Below are positions 11,560 to 23,653 of a stretch of 38,342 nt of DNA, in pieces; position 1 is the first letter of the stretch, and each line of letters starts with the position of its first letter. The notes under the pieces are model-generated. The model saw nothing but the letters and a program-made list of their open reading frames with translations, ran no database searches and was not told where the DNA came from. Both the position numbers and the translations under genes were made by a program. This stretch comes from Octopus bimaculoides (lineage: Eukaryota). The stretch lies in contig NC_068986.1 in NCBI RefSeq assembly GCF_001194135.2, forward strand, positions 15,208,593 to 15,246,934. Direction: 5' to 3'.

Positions 11560-12932
11560 GAAATATTGTAGTATCATGAAACAATCTATCAGTATTTCCA
11601 TTATTAACAACTGAAGTTTTGAGTTGGACAATTGTTAATCAAAATAGAAATGAATGCACGAGACAAAGGTTGTTCCTTAAAAACTGAAATGTTTAGCAAA
11701 CTTGAAAAATTTAATTCGTTGGAGAATGATTAATTGCTTGCTTTGAGCATGAGAGGGAATGACTTCTTTCCCCACATTTGTCACATATGACATCTCTGGG
11801 CAAACATTTCCTGCAGCTATGTCTATAATTTCTACAGAAGTATTTCTGGGAAACAGCTGCTGAGTGGCTCAACTATTTTCTGGTCGGTGTCCCTGTTTGA
11901 AACAATAATAGTATTTAAGAAGATATTGTAGCCATAAACGCTAGCTGACTTTATAACACTCTGTTTCAGATACAAATGTTTCCATATCCTGTGTTTTATA
12001 TTCGAGTAGTTAGTCTTAAACCTGTCACCATTATTCCGGAAATAAAACTCCAGTAAATTTTATTTATTATTGTTTCTTTTTTGTAGATCTGTTTATCACT
12101 GATCCAAGTTAAAACACTACGCTCAATTGTGTACAATATTACACTTATCACGGATTGATCTGTGATGACACTAGTCGGATATCAGTCGAACATTCTGCTT
12201 GGCCCACAAAAGCGCGTCCCAACGACTATCCACAATGCCCACCTACCCACAATGCACTGGTTATCGCTTGTGTTTAAAGCATCGTGTTGCAATTTACCTA
12301 TGCATCCTGTCAACATCAACCAGTGAAAAGAAAACATACAAACGTGTGCTGCTCCTAACAAATGTTGTAGACAAATGTGTTCTCTACAGGAAAAGGTAAA
12401 AGTGATTGAAAATCGACATGATAGCGGAAGCTTTGCTGCTGCAAGGTACGAATTTAATATCAATGAATCTAACATTCAGACTAGTTAGAAACCGATTTGA
12501 GATTGTTTATCTACCACTGATTCATTTATCGCAGTATTTGCTATTTAATCAAACGCCTGTGATTAACAAAGACGGAAATATATTGTTCTGACGATGCGAA
12601 CCTTGAAGTTGTATTCTTTAAAAGTGAAAAAAGTAATTCAAGGAAACTTTGTGCAGTTGGTTGTATGCTTGAAGTCGATATCTCACAAAGATCTTATCCA
12701 CAGATTTAACGTAAATTTCTTTTAATTTAGTTCATCGCATCTCTGTGGGTCTCACCTTCTGCGATTAGTTGCAATAGATGAGGCATGAAGTTTGAAAGGG
12801 CATGTAGTGTATCTGGATCCACAATACTAGCAACAATATTTATAGAAGCATGTCATGTCTGGATTGAGAATATAAAGACGGGGTTTCACAAGGAATGATG
12901 CTGAATCGCTCGGGGTGTAGAGCTTTGTTCAT
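11560..12932 (-). pseudogene. Degraded Ty3/gypsy LTR retrotransposon gag-protease relic, interrupted at about 12065-12575
   Basis: Manual minus-strand translation gives colinear motifs across frameshifts: MNKALHPERF (12932), KLKEIYVKSVDKIFVRYRL..FLELLFSLLKEYNFK (about 12720-12604), SFISGI..LLEYKTQDMET (about 12055-11970), CLPRDVICDKCGERSHSLSC (zinc knuckle one residue short, about 11810-11750), and LSRAFISILINN..NNGNTDRLF (decayed DTG protease region, about 11665-11580). Confidence 0.6.
12375..12488 (+). pseudogene. pogo/Tigger-like transposase N-terminal HTH (psq/CENP-B type) fragment
   Basis: MCSLQEKVKVIENRHDSGSFAAARYEFNINESNIQTS* resembles the Tigger TLQEKV..AAVARHFxINESxVR motif. It lies inside the gap in the gypsy gag. 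No TIRs identified. Confidence 0.45.
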
Positions 12933-13149
12933 ATTTGATTCGTTGGATGAAATCTCGAAGTAAATACCAATAGTTGAGACCTTATACTACAATGGCATTC
13001 AACAAATTACACTAGATTAAGTATCTAGTCTGTGTGAGAGAGCTTTTCGTGAATGTTCCATTGCTTTGAAATGCTGCGGAAAAGAGACATAGAAACGGTT
13101 TGTTTGTGCAAGAACAGTCAGTCAAAAGCTCCCTATGCTGGATTCCAGT

Positions 13150-13520
13150 TTGTTTCAGGGATCATTAGGTGGAAATAGGCACAGTTTTGGAGCCTACCTC
13201 TCGAAGGCTTTACAGTGCGCCGGCCTCCCTCGCCGATTAGTATTCAAGCTCATGTCCATTTCAGGATCATCAGTTCTCCAGCTTCGTTTCATCATTCCTC
13301 TTCAGCCATATCCAATGGCTGGCCTTCTCAACTGTCGTCTGGATCTCTTTGAAGATGGCATTTACTTGCTAATGATTGAAACGAATTGAATTGATAGCAG
13401 TCACCGTCTCAGTGTGGTCTCAATAAAACCCCTTCAACCAAACTTCTACAGCAAAATGAACTCTGTTCCAACCAGTATCTATACAGACTTCTAGTAGCTT
13501 CTGAAAACACTCCTCTTTTC
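13150..13520 (-). mobile_element. HERO/NeSL-like RLE non-LTR retrotransposon 3' end
   Basis: Minus-strand translation: KEECFQKLLEVCIDTGWNRVHFAVEVWLKGF..AIFKEIQTTVEKASHWIWLKRND, with a stop at 13272-13270. This resembles the HERO C-terminal GW..PVEVGCRGF..AEKASxWLWLKR. Two internal stops; the 3'UTR limit is approximate. Confidence 0.7.
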
Positions 13521-13530
13521 TAATCTAAGT

Positions 13531-13567
<37 letters not shown>

Positions 13568-15324
13568 NNNNNNNNNNNNNNNNNNNNNNNNNNNNNNNNN
13601 NNNNNNNNNNNNNNNNNNNNNNNNNNNNNNNNNNNNNNNNNNNNNNNNNNNNNNNNNNNNNNNNNNNNNNNNNNNNNNNNNNNNNNNNNNNNNNNNNNNN
13701 NNNNNNNNNNNNNNNNNNNNNNNNNNNNNNNNNNNNNNNNNNNNNNNNNNNNNNNNNNNNNNNNNNNNNNNNNNNNNNNNNNNNNNNNNNNNNNNNNNNN
13801 NNNNNNNNNNNNNNNNNNNNNNNNNNNNNNNNNNNNNNNNNNNNNNNNNNNNNNNNNNNNNNNNNNNNNNNNNNNNNNNNNNNNNNNNNNNNNNNNNNNN
13901 NNNNNNNNNNNNNNNNNNNNNNNNNNNNNNNNNNNNNNNNNNNNNNNNNNNNNNNNNNNNNNNNNNNNNNNNNNNNNNNNNNNNNNNNNNNNNNNNNNNN
14001 NNNNNNNNNNNNNNNNNNNNNNNNNNNNNNNNNNNNNNNNNNNNNNNNNNNNNNNNNNNNNNNNNNNNNNNNNNNNNNNNNNNNNNNNNNNNNNNNNNNN
14101 NNNNNNNNNNNNNNNNNNNNNNNNNNNNNNNNNNNNNNNNNNNNNNNNNNNNNNNNNNNNNNNNNNNNNNNNNNNNNNNNNNNNNNNNNNNNNNNNNNNN
14201 NNNNNNNNNNNNNNNNNNNNNNNNNNNNNNNNNNNNNNNNNNNNNNNNNNNNNNNNNNNNNNNNNNNNNNNNNNNNNNNNNNNNNNNNNNNNNNNNNNNN
14301 NNNNNNNNNNNNNNNNNNNNNNNNNNNNNNNNNNNNNNNNNNNNNNNNNNNNNNNNNNNNNNNNNNNNNNNNNNNNNNNNNNNNNNNNNNNNNNNNNNNN
14401 NNNNNNNNNNNNNNNNNNNNNNNNNNNNNNNNNNNNNNNNNNNNNNNNNNNNNNNNNNNNNNNNNNNNNNNNNNNNNNNNNNNNNNNNNNNNNNNNNNNN
14501 NNNNNNNNNNNNNNNNNNNNNNNNNNTATATATGTGTGTATATATATATATATTGTCTTCAGGTGGAACATTTACTTCAGCACTATTTTCCGTTCTTTTC
14601 TAGTTTCTTTCGTCTTGGTATCGGAAAGAAGTGTTCACATCCTATATAATCACTTCATGTCTTTTTGTGTTTGCGTTTGCATTTGTGCACGTGTGTATGT
14701 GTGGTGTGTGTATGTGTAAGTGGTGAGATATGCGTAGTTCGTGCTTCTGCGAGTGTTTGTGTGAGTGACAATGTATTTGGCGATAAAGTTAAGGTTTTCC
14801 ATTAGCTCTAGCTATAAATCAACAACGTTGAACGTTATTTCATAGATGCTCCTACTCGTGAGAAGTAATTGATATATCTTTAAAAACAATAAAGAAATTG
14901 TTTTTCTTTTTCTTCTTCTCTACAGTCTTCCAAAGTGAAATACAATATTTCCAGATTACAAATTATTAGCAAAGAAAAGTCTGCGGAACCGTTCATCTTG
15001 CCATAAATTTCGTTCAAATCACAGACTATCTCTTTAAGAAAGACGGGAAAATCATGTCTAGAACACATTTTACATAGGTTTTCAGTCAGTGCTGGTCTGG
15101 GGTTAAGAAACCAAAACAGCAATGAATTTGAGCGGCAAATATTCATTACAGAGGTAAGACATTTTCGATTATCGCGTCAGAGAATTCAGTTTGTTATGAA
15201 GACATTTCCGCTCACTTAAGCTGCTTGGTTGTAAAAGACTATCGTTACTCAGTCTCATAACATTCCCCACTCCCAGTTAGGTATTATGAATTCTTTCAAT
15301 TATTTCATAAGCAGAGCAAAATTG

Positions 15325-15970
15325 GTGAGCTGGCAGAAGAGTTCGGTTGTCGAACAAATTACTTGTAATGTTTCTTTTGGAACTTAACTCAGATTCAAAT
15401 CCCTGAGACCAACTCTGCGTACATTTATCCGAAGTAGATAAAATAAAATATCAGTCAAGTATTAGCGATGATGGTATGTATTACTCCTCTTCTCCTCAGA
15501 ATTACTGATCTTGCATTAAATTCAGGATCCCTTATTATCCTGGGTAAATAGATTAGGAGAAGCGTTGGAGCATTGGAAAAAACATTCAGTATTTGTTACA
15601 AGATAAATTTTATCTGTTATCCCTCTGGGGTCGATACAATAGTCAATACAATAGCGTACCAGTTAAGTACTCGGGTCAACGGTATCGTGTAACCACCTCC
15701 CTATAATATTGCTCGCCCTGGGCCTCAGTCTGAAGCCAATATTACGCATGGCAGTGAATACGAAGAAGCGGGGGTGCATCAGAAAAGTGTTTTACGATAG
15801 TTGTTCCGATTGTTTGTGCTATGAGTTCTGATGTCAATGAGATCTTCCCTTTTAATCCCTTCAGAGATGATAAAACAACTTGACAGCGTATTAATAGGTT
15901 TTATGCAATAAAGTATGCCCTTCCGTTAAATGTATTGCCCTTGTACATAAATTAAATGTAATTATTATCC
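15325..15970 (+). mobile_element. Three head-to-tail degenerate SINE family C copies
   Basis: Units start near 15325 (GTGAGCTGGCAGAA), 15555 and 15765, and each ends in an ATTAT-like tail. Confidence 0.6.
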
Positions 15971-17267
15971 GGACAAGGATTATCGCTGCTGCATCTGTGA
16001 ACTTATCTGATGTAACACCATGCATAATTTAGTTACTTTCCTATTCACTGACTTGTTAATCCTCCGGAATTTGTTTTGCCTTTCTTCAATAAATCTATAA
16101 CAGTGAGATGCAAACCAACAAAGGATCCACTACAAGGTCACTCAATTCGCTAGAAATACCAAATAAATCATCCTCAAATTCTTCTTTACCTCTTTAACGA
16201 CGGAATGAAATATCGGATGCTTTACACTACGCCTTAATGAAAAATGTAGTTGTAATGTTTAAGAGCCTTCGATAGTTAATCTTCTCATAGTGGAAAAGAC
16301 TGAACTTAAACAACAGCAATAATATGATATTCATAGCCGAGAACAAAAAATGTGACTAGTCTCTTTCTCAAGAAACATGAATCTTGTACCAATGTGACGC
16401 TTCTTCATCAATGGTTCAAGTTATGCCGTATTTTCCAGTTTATACGAGACACTTTGATTGATATGTTCTATTACAGACTTATACGCTCGGTAGCTCATTC
16501 CTAATACAGTCGCATGGCAACTTTTAGTAACATTTAAGAATAAAAAGAAGCACGTCTAATACACTGACTTATAAGATGCTTATAAGATTTTCTTCTGCTG
16601 TTTATAGTATCATCAGTTATCGCTCTCTTTGTTTATTTATACACCATTTCTCTAAGGTGATTACATTTAACAAAAAGAGCACACATAACATCAATAATAT
16701 CGAAACTGATAAAGAGATTCAATCAATATTTGTATTTTCAATCATGTATTCGCTAATCTACCAACTGCTAGCACTTTGATTTTCGTTCTTAGATCTCGAG
16801 ATTTCTTCACATCGAAACTAAAGATGTGTGTAATATATTATGAATGCATTATTTAATACGTTAGTATGTAATGAATGCGTATTCAGTGTTTTATAGAATA
16901 TTAGTCCTCCTATTCTCTAGAACGTTAACGTAAGCATCTAGATGATAATAGCCTTCTAAATGTTATCACTGTTTTATTTGAAATATATTATGAGGACATA
17001 CAACAGCTCTAATGAAAGCCATAGTGTACATATTCATTCCTATTCATTCTTACCGCTTTGCAGCAGTTTTGGAGGTGAATATACTATTCACTGTTGTATG
17101 TTGCCTCTGGAGAACACTTCCCTTTCAACGATGCGTGTTGATGACTCACATGTTCAGTAACGTAGAGTAAATGCAGACACCAATGTTTCGAAATGATTAT
17201 GTCTCTTCATTGAAAGATACACCGTGATCTCTGAATTAAAAAAATATTATGGTCTATTTTGATTATA

Positions 17268-17394
17268 CAGGGTGTCCACAAAGTCTGGGTACCTGGAGTA
17301 AATAAAATCATAACATAAACAATTAAATATAAGAAATAATAATTTCTTAAGGTATGTGTTAATCCGCTTGTACCCAGACTTTGTGGACACCCTG
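17268..17394. mobile_element. Tc1/mariner-type MITE (127 bp)
   Basis: Perfect 25-bp TIRs CAGGGTGTCCACAAAGTCTGGGTAC, flanked by TA on both sides (17266-17267 and 17395-17396), with an AT-rich interior. Confidence 0.92.
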
Positions 17395-18554
17395 TAGAAT
17401 CTAAGTAAGAAATTATTTGTTGATGTTTGTCTGCCAAGTTGATATTAAGGTATTGTGTATACGACAAAATATCAGGAATCAAAACTGCAAAAGTAAAAAT
17501 TTATCGATTCATTCTTGATACGTCCCGGTAGATTTAAATCTGAGTATGGTATTTGCAGCTGTATTTCGCCTTCGGAGAACAACTTCTTCCTTTACACGAT
17601 GAATCCAGACAACAAGCAATATACACTGACGTATGGGAGACTTTTAAGTACTGGTGTATCAACATGCCTCTTCAGTCAAAGCTAACCTTTGCATCTCTGA
17701 ATCTAAACAATATAGGCATTCTTAATTACAGAATTCAGTAAATAAATTTTGTGTAGATGCGTATCTATCAAACTGTTATCATTTGCACGCGAAATAGAAA
17801 CAATCAGCATAGTGATGTAGCTATTCAATCTAAACAACTTTAGATAGATTCGAACGTGAATTAGCAAACTGCTGTTGTATTACGACTTTGGAGAACAGTG
17901 TTTTCCTTTAGACGATAGATGCAGACGACACACACAATTCAGTGACGCAGGGAAATCGAGACACTAATGTTTTCACAAGATTGAATCTCCTTACGGTCAA
18001 ATCTGCCATAACGTGTTAACAATAAATAGATGAGTCATTATTTATATTTTCACTGTTTTCCATGCTTAAAAGAATATATTATCAGCTTGGCCGACATTAT
18101 AACGCATCAGTGATTAATTCCATTCCAACATACTAACCTTTTATCCTGCAGTAGGTGATTTTTCTCTTTACTTCAGCGATGAATGAACAATAGCCATAGA
18201 CGATAAATCTATAATAATCATTTCACGTATTATAAAAACTCTGATTTTTACTTTCCTGTATAAATAAGTAGCAAATCTTCACCGTTTCATTATGTTACAA
18301 ATTTCGATTACAAATGCGATTCCGATTTACGGATAACATACTTAAAGCGTTGGATACAATTTGTTTCATTAAATTAAGACTCAATATTCTTGTTTTCTCT
18401 ACAATGATGTTCTGTATTTATAAATGTCTAAAGCATAACGTTCAAATACACATAATTGTATACAGGAATAAACAAAATGTATACATGTATGCACACACCA
18501 ACAGAGGCACAAATACACAGTCACAAGCGCGCGCACGCATACATACATATATAT

Positions 18555-18960
18555 GGCCGCAGGAGTGGCTGTGTGGTAAGTAGCTTGCTTACCAGCCGCA
18601 TGGTTCCGGTTTCATTCCCACTGCATGGCACCTTGGGTAAGTGTCTTCTACTATAGCCTCGGGCCGACCAAAGCCTTGTCAGTGGATTTGGTAGGCGGAA
18701 ACTGAAAGAATCCCGTGGCATATATGTATATATAGATGTATGTGAGAATATATGGTTGCGTGTTTGTGTTTGTTTCCCCCCAACATCGCTTGACAACCAA
18801 TGGTGGTGTGTTTATGTCCCCGTAACATTAGCGGTTCGGCAAAAGCGACCGATAGAGTAAGTACTAGGCTTACAAAGAATATGTCCTTGGGTCGATTTCC
18901 TCGACTAAAGGTGGTGCTCCAGCATGGCCGCAGTCAAATGACTGAAACAAGTAAAAGAGT
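18555..18960 (+). mobile_element. Full-length tRNA-derived CORE-type SINE, family B
   Basis: A-box-like TGGCTGTGTGG, B-box-like GGTTTCATTCC, CORE-like GGCACCTTGGGTAAGTGTCTT, internal TA/TG tract, and 3' tail ending GTAAAAGAG. At least seven further partial copies occur in the window. Confidence 0.9.
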
Positions 18961-19147
18961 AATATATTTCAATACGGAGCAAATAATTCGGCAGAAAATA
19001 TTTGCAAAGATGGCATTAACTCTATTATTATCTTGGATAAGATAATAGTTAAACTGATAATTACAGAATTAATAATATAGGCAGGTCCGAAAACAGCATT
19101 AAATAGCAGCTGAAACATTAAAATCCTTATTAATTAAATAACATACT

Positions 19148-19465
19148 GAGTATGTCTACCTGCTGGAAATGACATGTCAAAACCCATTATTTAAACCGCC
19201 GAAAAACAACACTGAAAATAACTACAGAAATCAACCGTCTGCGACACGTGCTGAAGAAGGTGAAGCTATAATACCAGTCCAGGACCCGGTCCACGTGAGT
19301 CCAAATACTAGAAAATGTATAGCTGGATGGTATATTGGTATTTTGAATGATTTTCATGACCCACACCCTCGCAGATGGTTGATTTCTGTAATTATGTTCA
19401 GTGTTATTTTTTTGGCTGTTGAAGTAATGAATTTTGACTGATATTTCCAGCAGGTAGACATACTC
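19148..19465. mobile_element. Foldback/MITE-like element with about 97-bp imperfect TIRs
   Basis: Arms at 19148-19244 and 19369-19465; the outer 23 bp (GAGTATGTCTACCTGCTGGAAAT) are perfect. Spacer 124 bp. No TSD seen. Confidence 0.8.
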
Positions 19466-19545
19466 GGGTGGACCAAGACCTTGTGAGTGGATTTGGTAGA
19501 CGGAAACTGAAAGAAGCCCGTCGTATATATGTGTGTGTGTGTGTG

Positions 19546-19587
<42 letters not shown>

Positions 19588-19673
19588 CACAATCACTTGA
19601 CAACCGATGTTGGTGTGTTTACGCCCCCGCAATCGAACGGTTCGGCATAAGAGACCGATAGAATAGGTATTAG
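19466..19673 (+). mobile_element. 5'-truncated SINE family B with internal (TG)n
   Basis: GTGGATTTGGTAGACGGAAACTGAAAGAAGCCCGTCG, then (TG)n, then TTGACAACCGATG..CGGTTCGGCA; runs into a gap. Confidence 0.85.
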
Positions 19674-19796
19674 GNNNNNNNNNNNNNNNNNNNNNNNNNN
19701 NNNNNNNNNNNNNNNNNNNNNNNNNNNNNNNNNNNNNNNNNNNNNNNNNNNNNNNNNNNNNNNNNNNNNNNNNNNNNNNNNNNNNNNNNNNNNNNN

Positions 19797-19858
<62 letters not shown>

Positions 19859-19869
19859 AGAGCTATGAT

Positions 19870-20270
19870 TGAGGCTGAAACCCCTGAACAGGACGCCAAT
19901 GCACAGTACCGAAGATCCCAACCCCTTTCCATCTCTTGCAGTACTGCGTCCACTAAGCACCCAGTATTGTAACTTGTTAGGGCTCAAGAGCCCACAGCTT
20001 TACAATACCTTTGTAAAACGCTTCAGAATTTTACGATGCGAAAACGCAGAGCTATTCAAAGAACATTTAGACACTTTTTTTATTGATGTAAAAAATGAAT
20101 CCATATAACAGACCGAAATACAAAGTAGGTCTGTCTTGTCTATCTCACTGCTTCAACAAAACAAAACCGGAAGAGAGAAAGACCGAGAAATAAGTTCGAA
20201 ATAAACTAACAATCATACTAAAGATGATGCTCTAGCATGGCCACAGCCATTCTTTGAAGCTACCGAAAGT
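19870..20270 (+). mobile_element. CR1/L2-group LINE 3' end (ORF2 C-terminus plus probable 3'UTR)
   Basis: TGRQCTVPKIP in one frame, then YCNLLGLKSPQLYNTF..ELFKEHLDTFFIDVKNE* (stop at 20108). This resembles the CR1-group tail GPQLFN.LP..FK..LD.FL..VPDEP. Confidence 0.6.
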
Positions 20271-20719
20271 GAAAGTAGAAATTAAACGTAATGCGATTGA
20301 GGAGATAATACACTTAACGAATTAGACAGAATGGTCACGGCATGAAAGATTTCGACTTTCATTCTTCTCATTCAGGGTCTAGGTCTCACTAAACACCAGC
20401 AATAATAATAATAATAACAAATGATTAAGAAGTCAAACGTGAAACAAAGAAAATTTCTTTAGAATATCGAACAATTTCCATTTTCAATAAAATCTTCGTT
20501 CAGTTATATATTTCATACATAAATTATGTTATAAGAAGTTGTAAAATATATTTATCGTGACTGGGTTTCGGAGAAGTTGTTGCTAGATTTTTCTCCCCTC
20601 TTTCTTCGATACTATTACCAATATATTGGAAAGCTATTTTTTTATTTGTTTTAATTTTTCTTTCAATATATATGATGTAATAACACTGACTGGTCGTAAA
20701 GTATAACATATACATACAT

Positions 20720-20963
20720 GCATAAACACGTACGTATGTATATGTATATATATGTTTGTGTGGGCGTGTGTGCGTATGTGTGTATCTATATATGCATATA
20801 TGTATGCATGTAAGGATGTGTATGTATACATGCATTCATATATGTATGTATATCAAACGCTTCCAGAACTTTGCTTATCGTTGACAGTCGGGTGAAATTG
20901 ATTTACAATTATTGTCAACGGAAGATATTGCCTCCACTGAGAATTAACAACTATGTATATATG

Positions 20964-21002
<39 letters not shown>

Positions 21003-21140
21003 GTCTATATACATACACATATATATGTATATATATGCATATATATATACATATATACATATATATATTTATATATACACACACACACATATATATATAC
21101 ATATGATACAAACATACAGACGTGTGTGTGCATGTGTGTA
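20720..21140. repeat. Degenerate (TA)/(TATG)/(CA) low-complexity arrays
   Basis: Seen directly. Confidence 0.9.
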
Positions 21141-22156
21141 TAAAGTACTTAGTCTCCAGTTAAGGCAATATCTTACATTGAATATGAATAAATGTGCGTA
21201 TAATGTGAATATGTGGGTGGGGGAAAACCTGAGAGTACGTGCACGCATGCTTGTGTGTGAATACTAATGTTTACCAACTAAGAACAAAGTACTCAATGTA
21301 TAAAAACAGTTTAAAATTTATAAGAAATTTGAAAATTGTTGAAGTTTAATTCTGAGTTTCACAGTACCGATTATTTCAAACTACTAAAGCCAGAAAGCCG
21401 TCTAGCAATGTAGAAGTGAAACTTTACTGGAACAGAATGAAATATAGATTACACATTGAGATTCCATTCACGGCTGAAAAACGCTAAAAATGCGACTATG
21501 CATGAAGCTCACGATGTATTCTACACATGATGTTCACATACAAAAGTGTGTGATATTCCTCGCTGTTGTTTGCATGAAAGATATGTAAGCAAGCAATGCA
21601 ACTGCCGCTAATTAAGTTTTAGCTTTTATACATACGTCAGAAATTCATCACAGAAAATTACCTCTCTACCTCATTCTCAAATACATTTGGAATTTATATC
21701 AGAATTGTAACAATTATAAAATCTCTTCATCTATCACACGTCACGCGTCATACTGCAATGACTGTTACAAGTTATGTGATCTTTTGTTCTTCGAAGAAGT
21801 ATAACATGTTGCTGTCTTCAACAACAGTTCAGAAATGGTGAATGTTTGCAGGCAATTCCATCGGTATTTATTGAGATATTTCCAAATCTGCGGAGGTTAG
21901 TCATAAATTCATTACCAAATATTTCGTTTTCTGTAACCTCAACAATGGTCAAATATTAACATAAAAATTAACTATTCCTCAAACATAAAAATTCATTTTC
22001 AGTAATTGCTTTCCTAATTTGTGTGAGGTCTTCATACATGTATGGAACAGAAGACATAAATACTTCAAACATTTACGTGTCAAAAGAATATCCCACGAGT
22101 TCTGGGCATGACTCAAGAAAAGAAATATTCATATGTGTGTGTGTGTGCGCGCGCGC

Positions 22157-22200
<44 letters not shown>

Positions 22201-23230
22201 TATAAGGTTTTTAACTTTTAAATTTTCATATTCAAAAGAGACAGAGACTTCAAACTCGATATATCGATTTNNNNNNNNNNNNNNNNNNNNNNNNNNNNNN
22301 NNNNNNNNNNNNNNNNNNNNNNNNNNNNNNNNNNNNNNNNNNNNNNNNNNNNNNNNNNNNNNNNNNNNNNNNNNNNNNNNNNNNNNNNNNNNNNNNNNNN
22401 NNNNNNNNNNNNNNNNNNNNNNNNNNNNNNNNNNNNNNNNNNNNNNNNNNNNNNNNNNNNNNNNNNNNNNNNNNNNNNNNNNNNNNNNNNNNNNNNNNNN
22501 NNNNNNNNNNNNNNNNNNNNNNNNNNNNNNNNNNNNNNNNNNNNNNNNNNNNNNNNNNNNNNNNNNNNNNNNNNNNNNNNNNNNNNNNNNNNNNNNNNNN
22601 NNNNNNNNNNNNNNNNNNNNNNNNNNNNNNNNNNNNNNNNNNNNNNNNNNNNNNNNNNNNNNNNNNNNNNNNNNNNNNNNNNNNNNNNNNNNNNNNNNNN
22701 NNNNNNNNNNNNNNNNNNNNNNNNNNNNNNNNNNNNNNNNNNNNNNNNNNNNNNNNNNNNNNNNNNNNNNNNNNNNNNNNNNNNNNNNNNNNNNNNNNNN
22801 NNNNNNNNNNNNNNNNNNNNNNNNNNNNNNNNNNNNNNNNNNNNNNNNNNNNNNNNNNNNNNNNNNNNNNNNNNNNNNNNNNNNNNNNNNNNNNNNNNNN
22901 NNNNNNNNNNNNNNNNNNNNNNNNNNNNNNNNNNNNNNNNNNNNNNNNNNNNNNNNNNNNNNNNNNNNGTATGTATGTATGTATGTATAAATATATAAAA
23001 GGATAAAGAAAACAATGGTAAAGTTAGAAATATATTTTATGGATAGAATCTTACAGCTGTTTCAGGGAAGATCTAATGCATCCCTTCATCGGAGACAGAA
23101 ATAGTAAAGGAATCGATTATTATATCTATAAGCGCAGAGTTACAGCACTTACTCGGTATTACCTGTATCTCTGGGTTTGGTTAAATCCAATACCCTCCTT
23201 AACCTTATATATATATATATATATATATAT

Positions 23231-23370
23231 ACGACAGCCTTCTTTCGGTTTCCGTTTACCAAATCCCTTTCCAGGCTATAGTAGCCGACACTTGCCATTG
23301 GTGCTACCCAGTAGGACTGAACCTGGAATCACGTGGTTGGGAAACAAGCTTCTTACCACACAGACACACC
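23231..23370 (-). mobile_element. SINE family B 5' half
   Basis: CTTCTTTCGGTTTCCGTTTACCAAATCC..GACACTTGCC..ACCACACAG is the reverse complement of the family B head and CORE. Confidence 0.8.
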
Positions 23371-23387
23371 CGTGTCTATATATATAC

Positions 23388-23482
23388 AGAGAGAGAGAGA
23401 GAAACAGAGAGAGAGAAACAGAGAGAGAGAAACAGAGAGAGACAGAGAGAGACAGACAGAGAGACAGAGAGAGAGACAGAGA
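23388..23482. repeat. (AG)/(AGAC)n microsatellite
   Basis: Seen directly. Confidence 0.9.
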
Positions 23483-23618
23483 GAAAAGTAGAAAGTGCAT
23501 TGTGATTCGTTTAGATTTTTGTTTTTAAATTTCTAAGTACTTAACGGGTTTCACAGATATATTTGATTTTTAAAAGTTGAGATAGAAAGACCTGAAGGTA
23601 TGTTGCAACTAGCAAAAC

Positions 23619-23653
23619 ACATACATACATACATACATACATACATACATACA

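Noticed and set aside
17553-17741. 62-aa ORF in apparently unique sequence
   Set aside because: No recognisable domain and no convincing splice-site pair.
19169-19441. 90-aa ORF with a hydrophobic C-terminus
   Set aside because: It lies wholly within the foldback element, and its two ends are reverse complements of each other.
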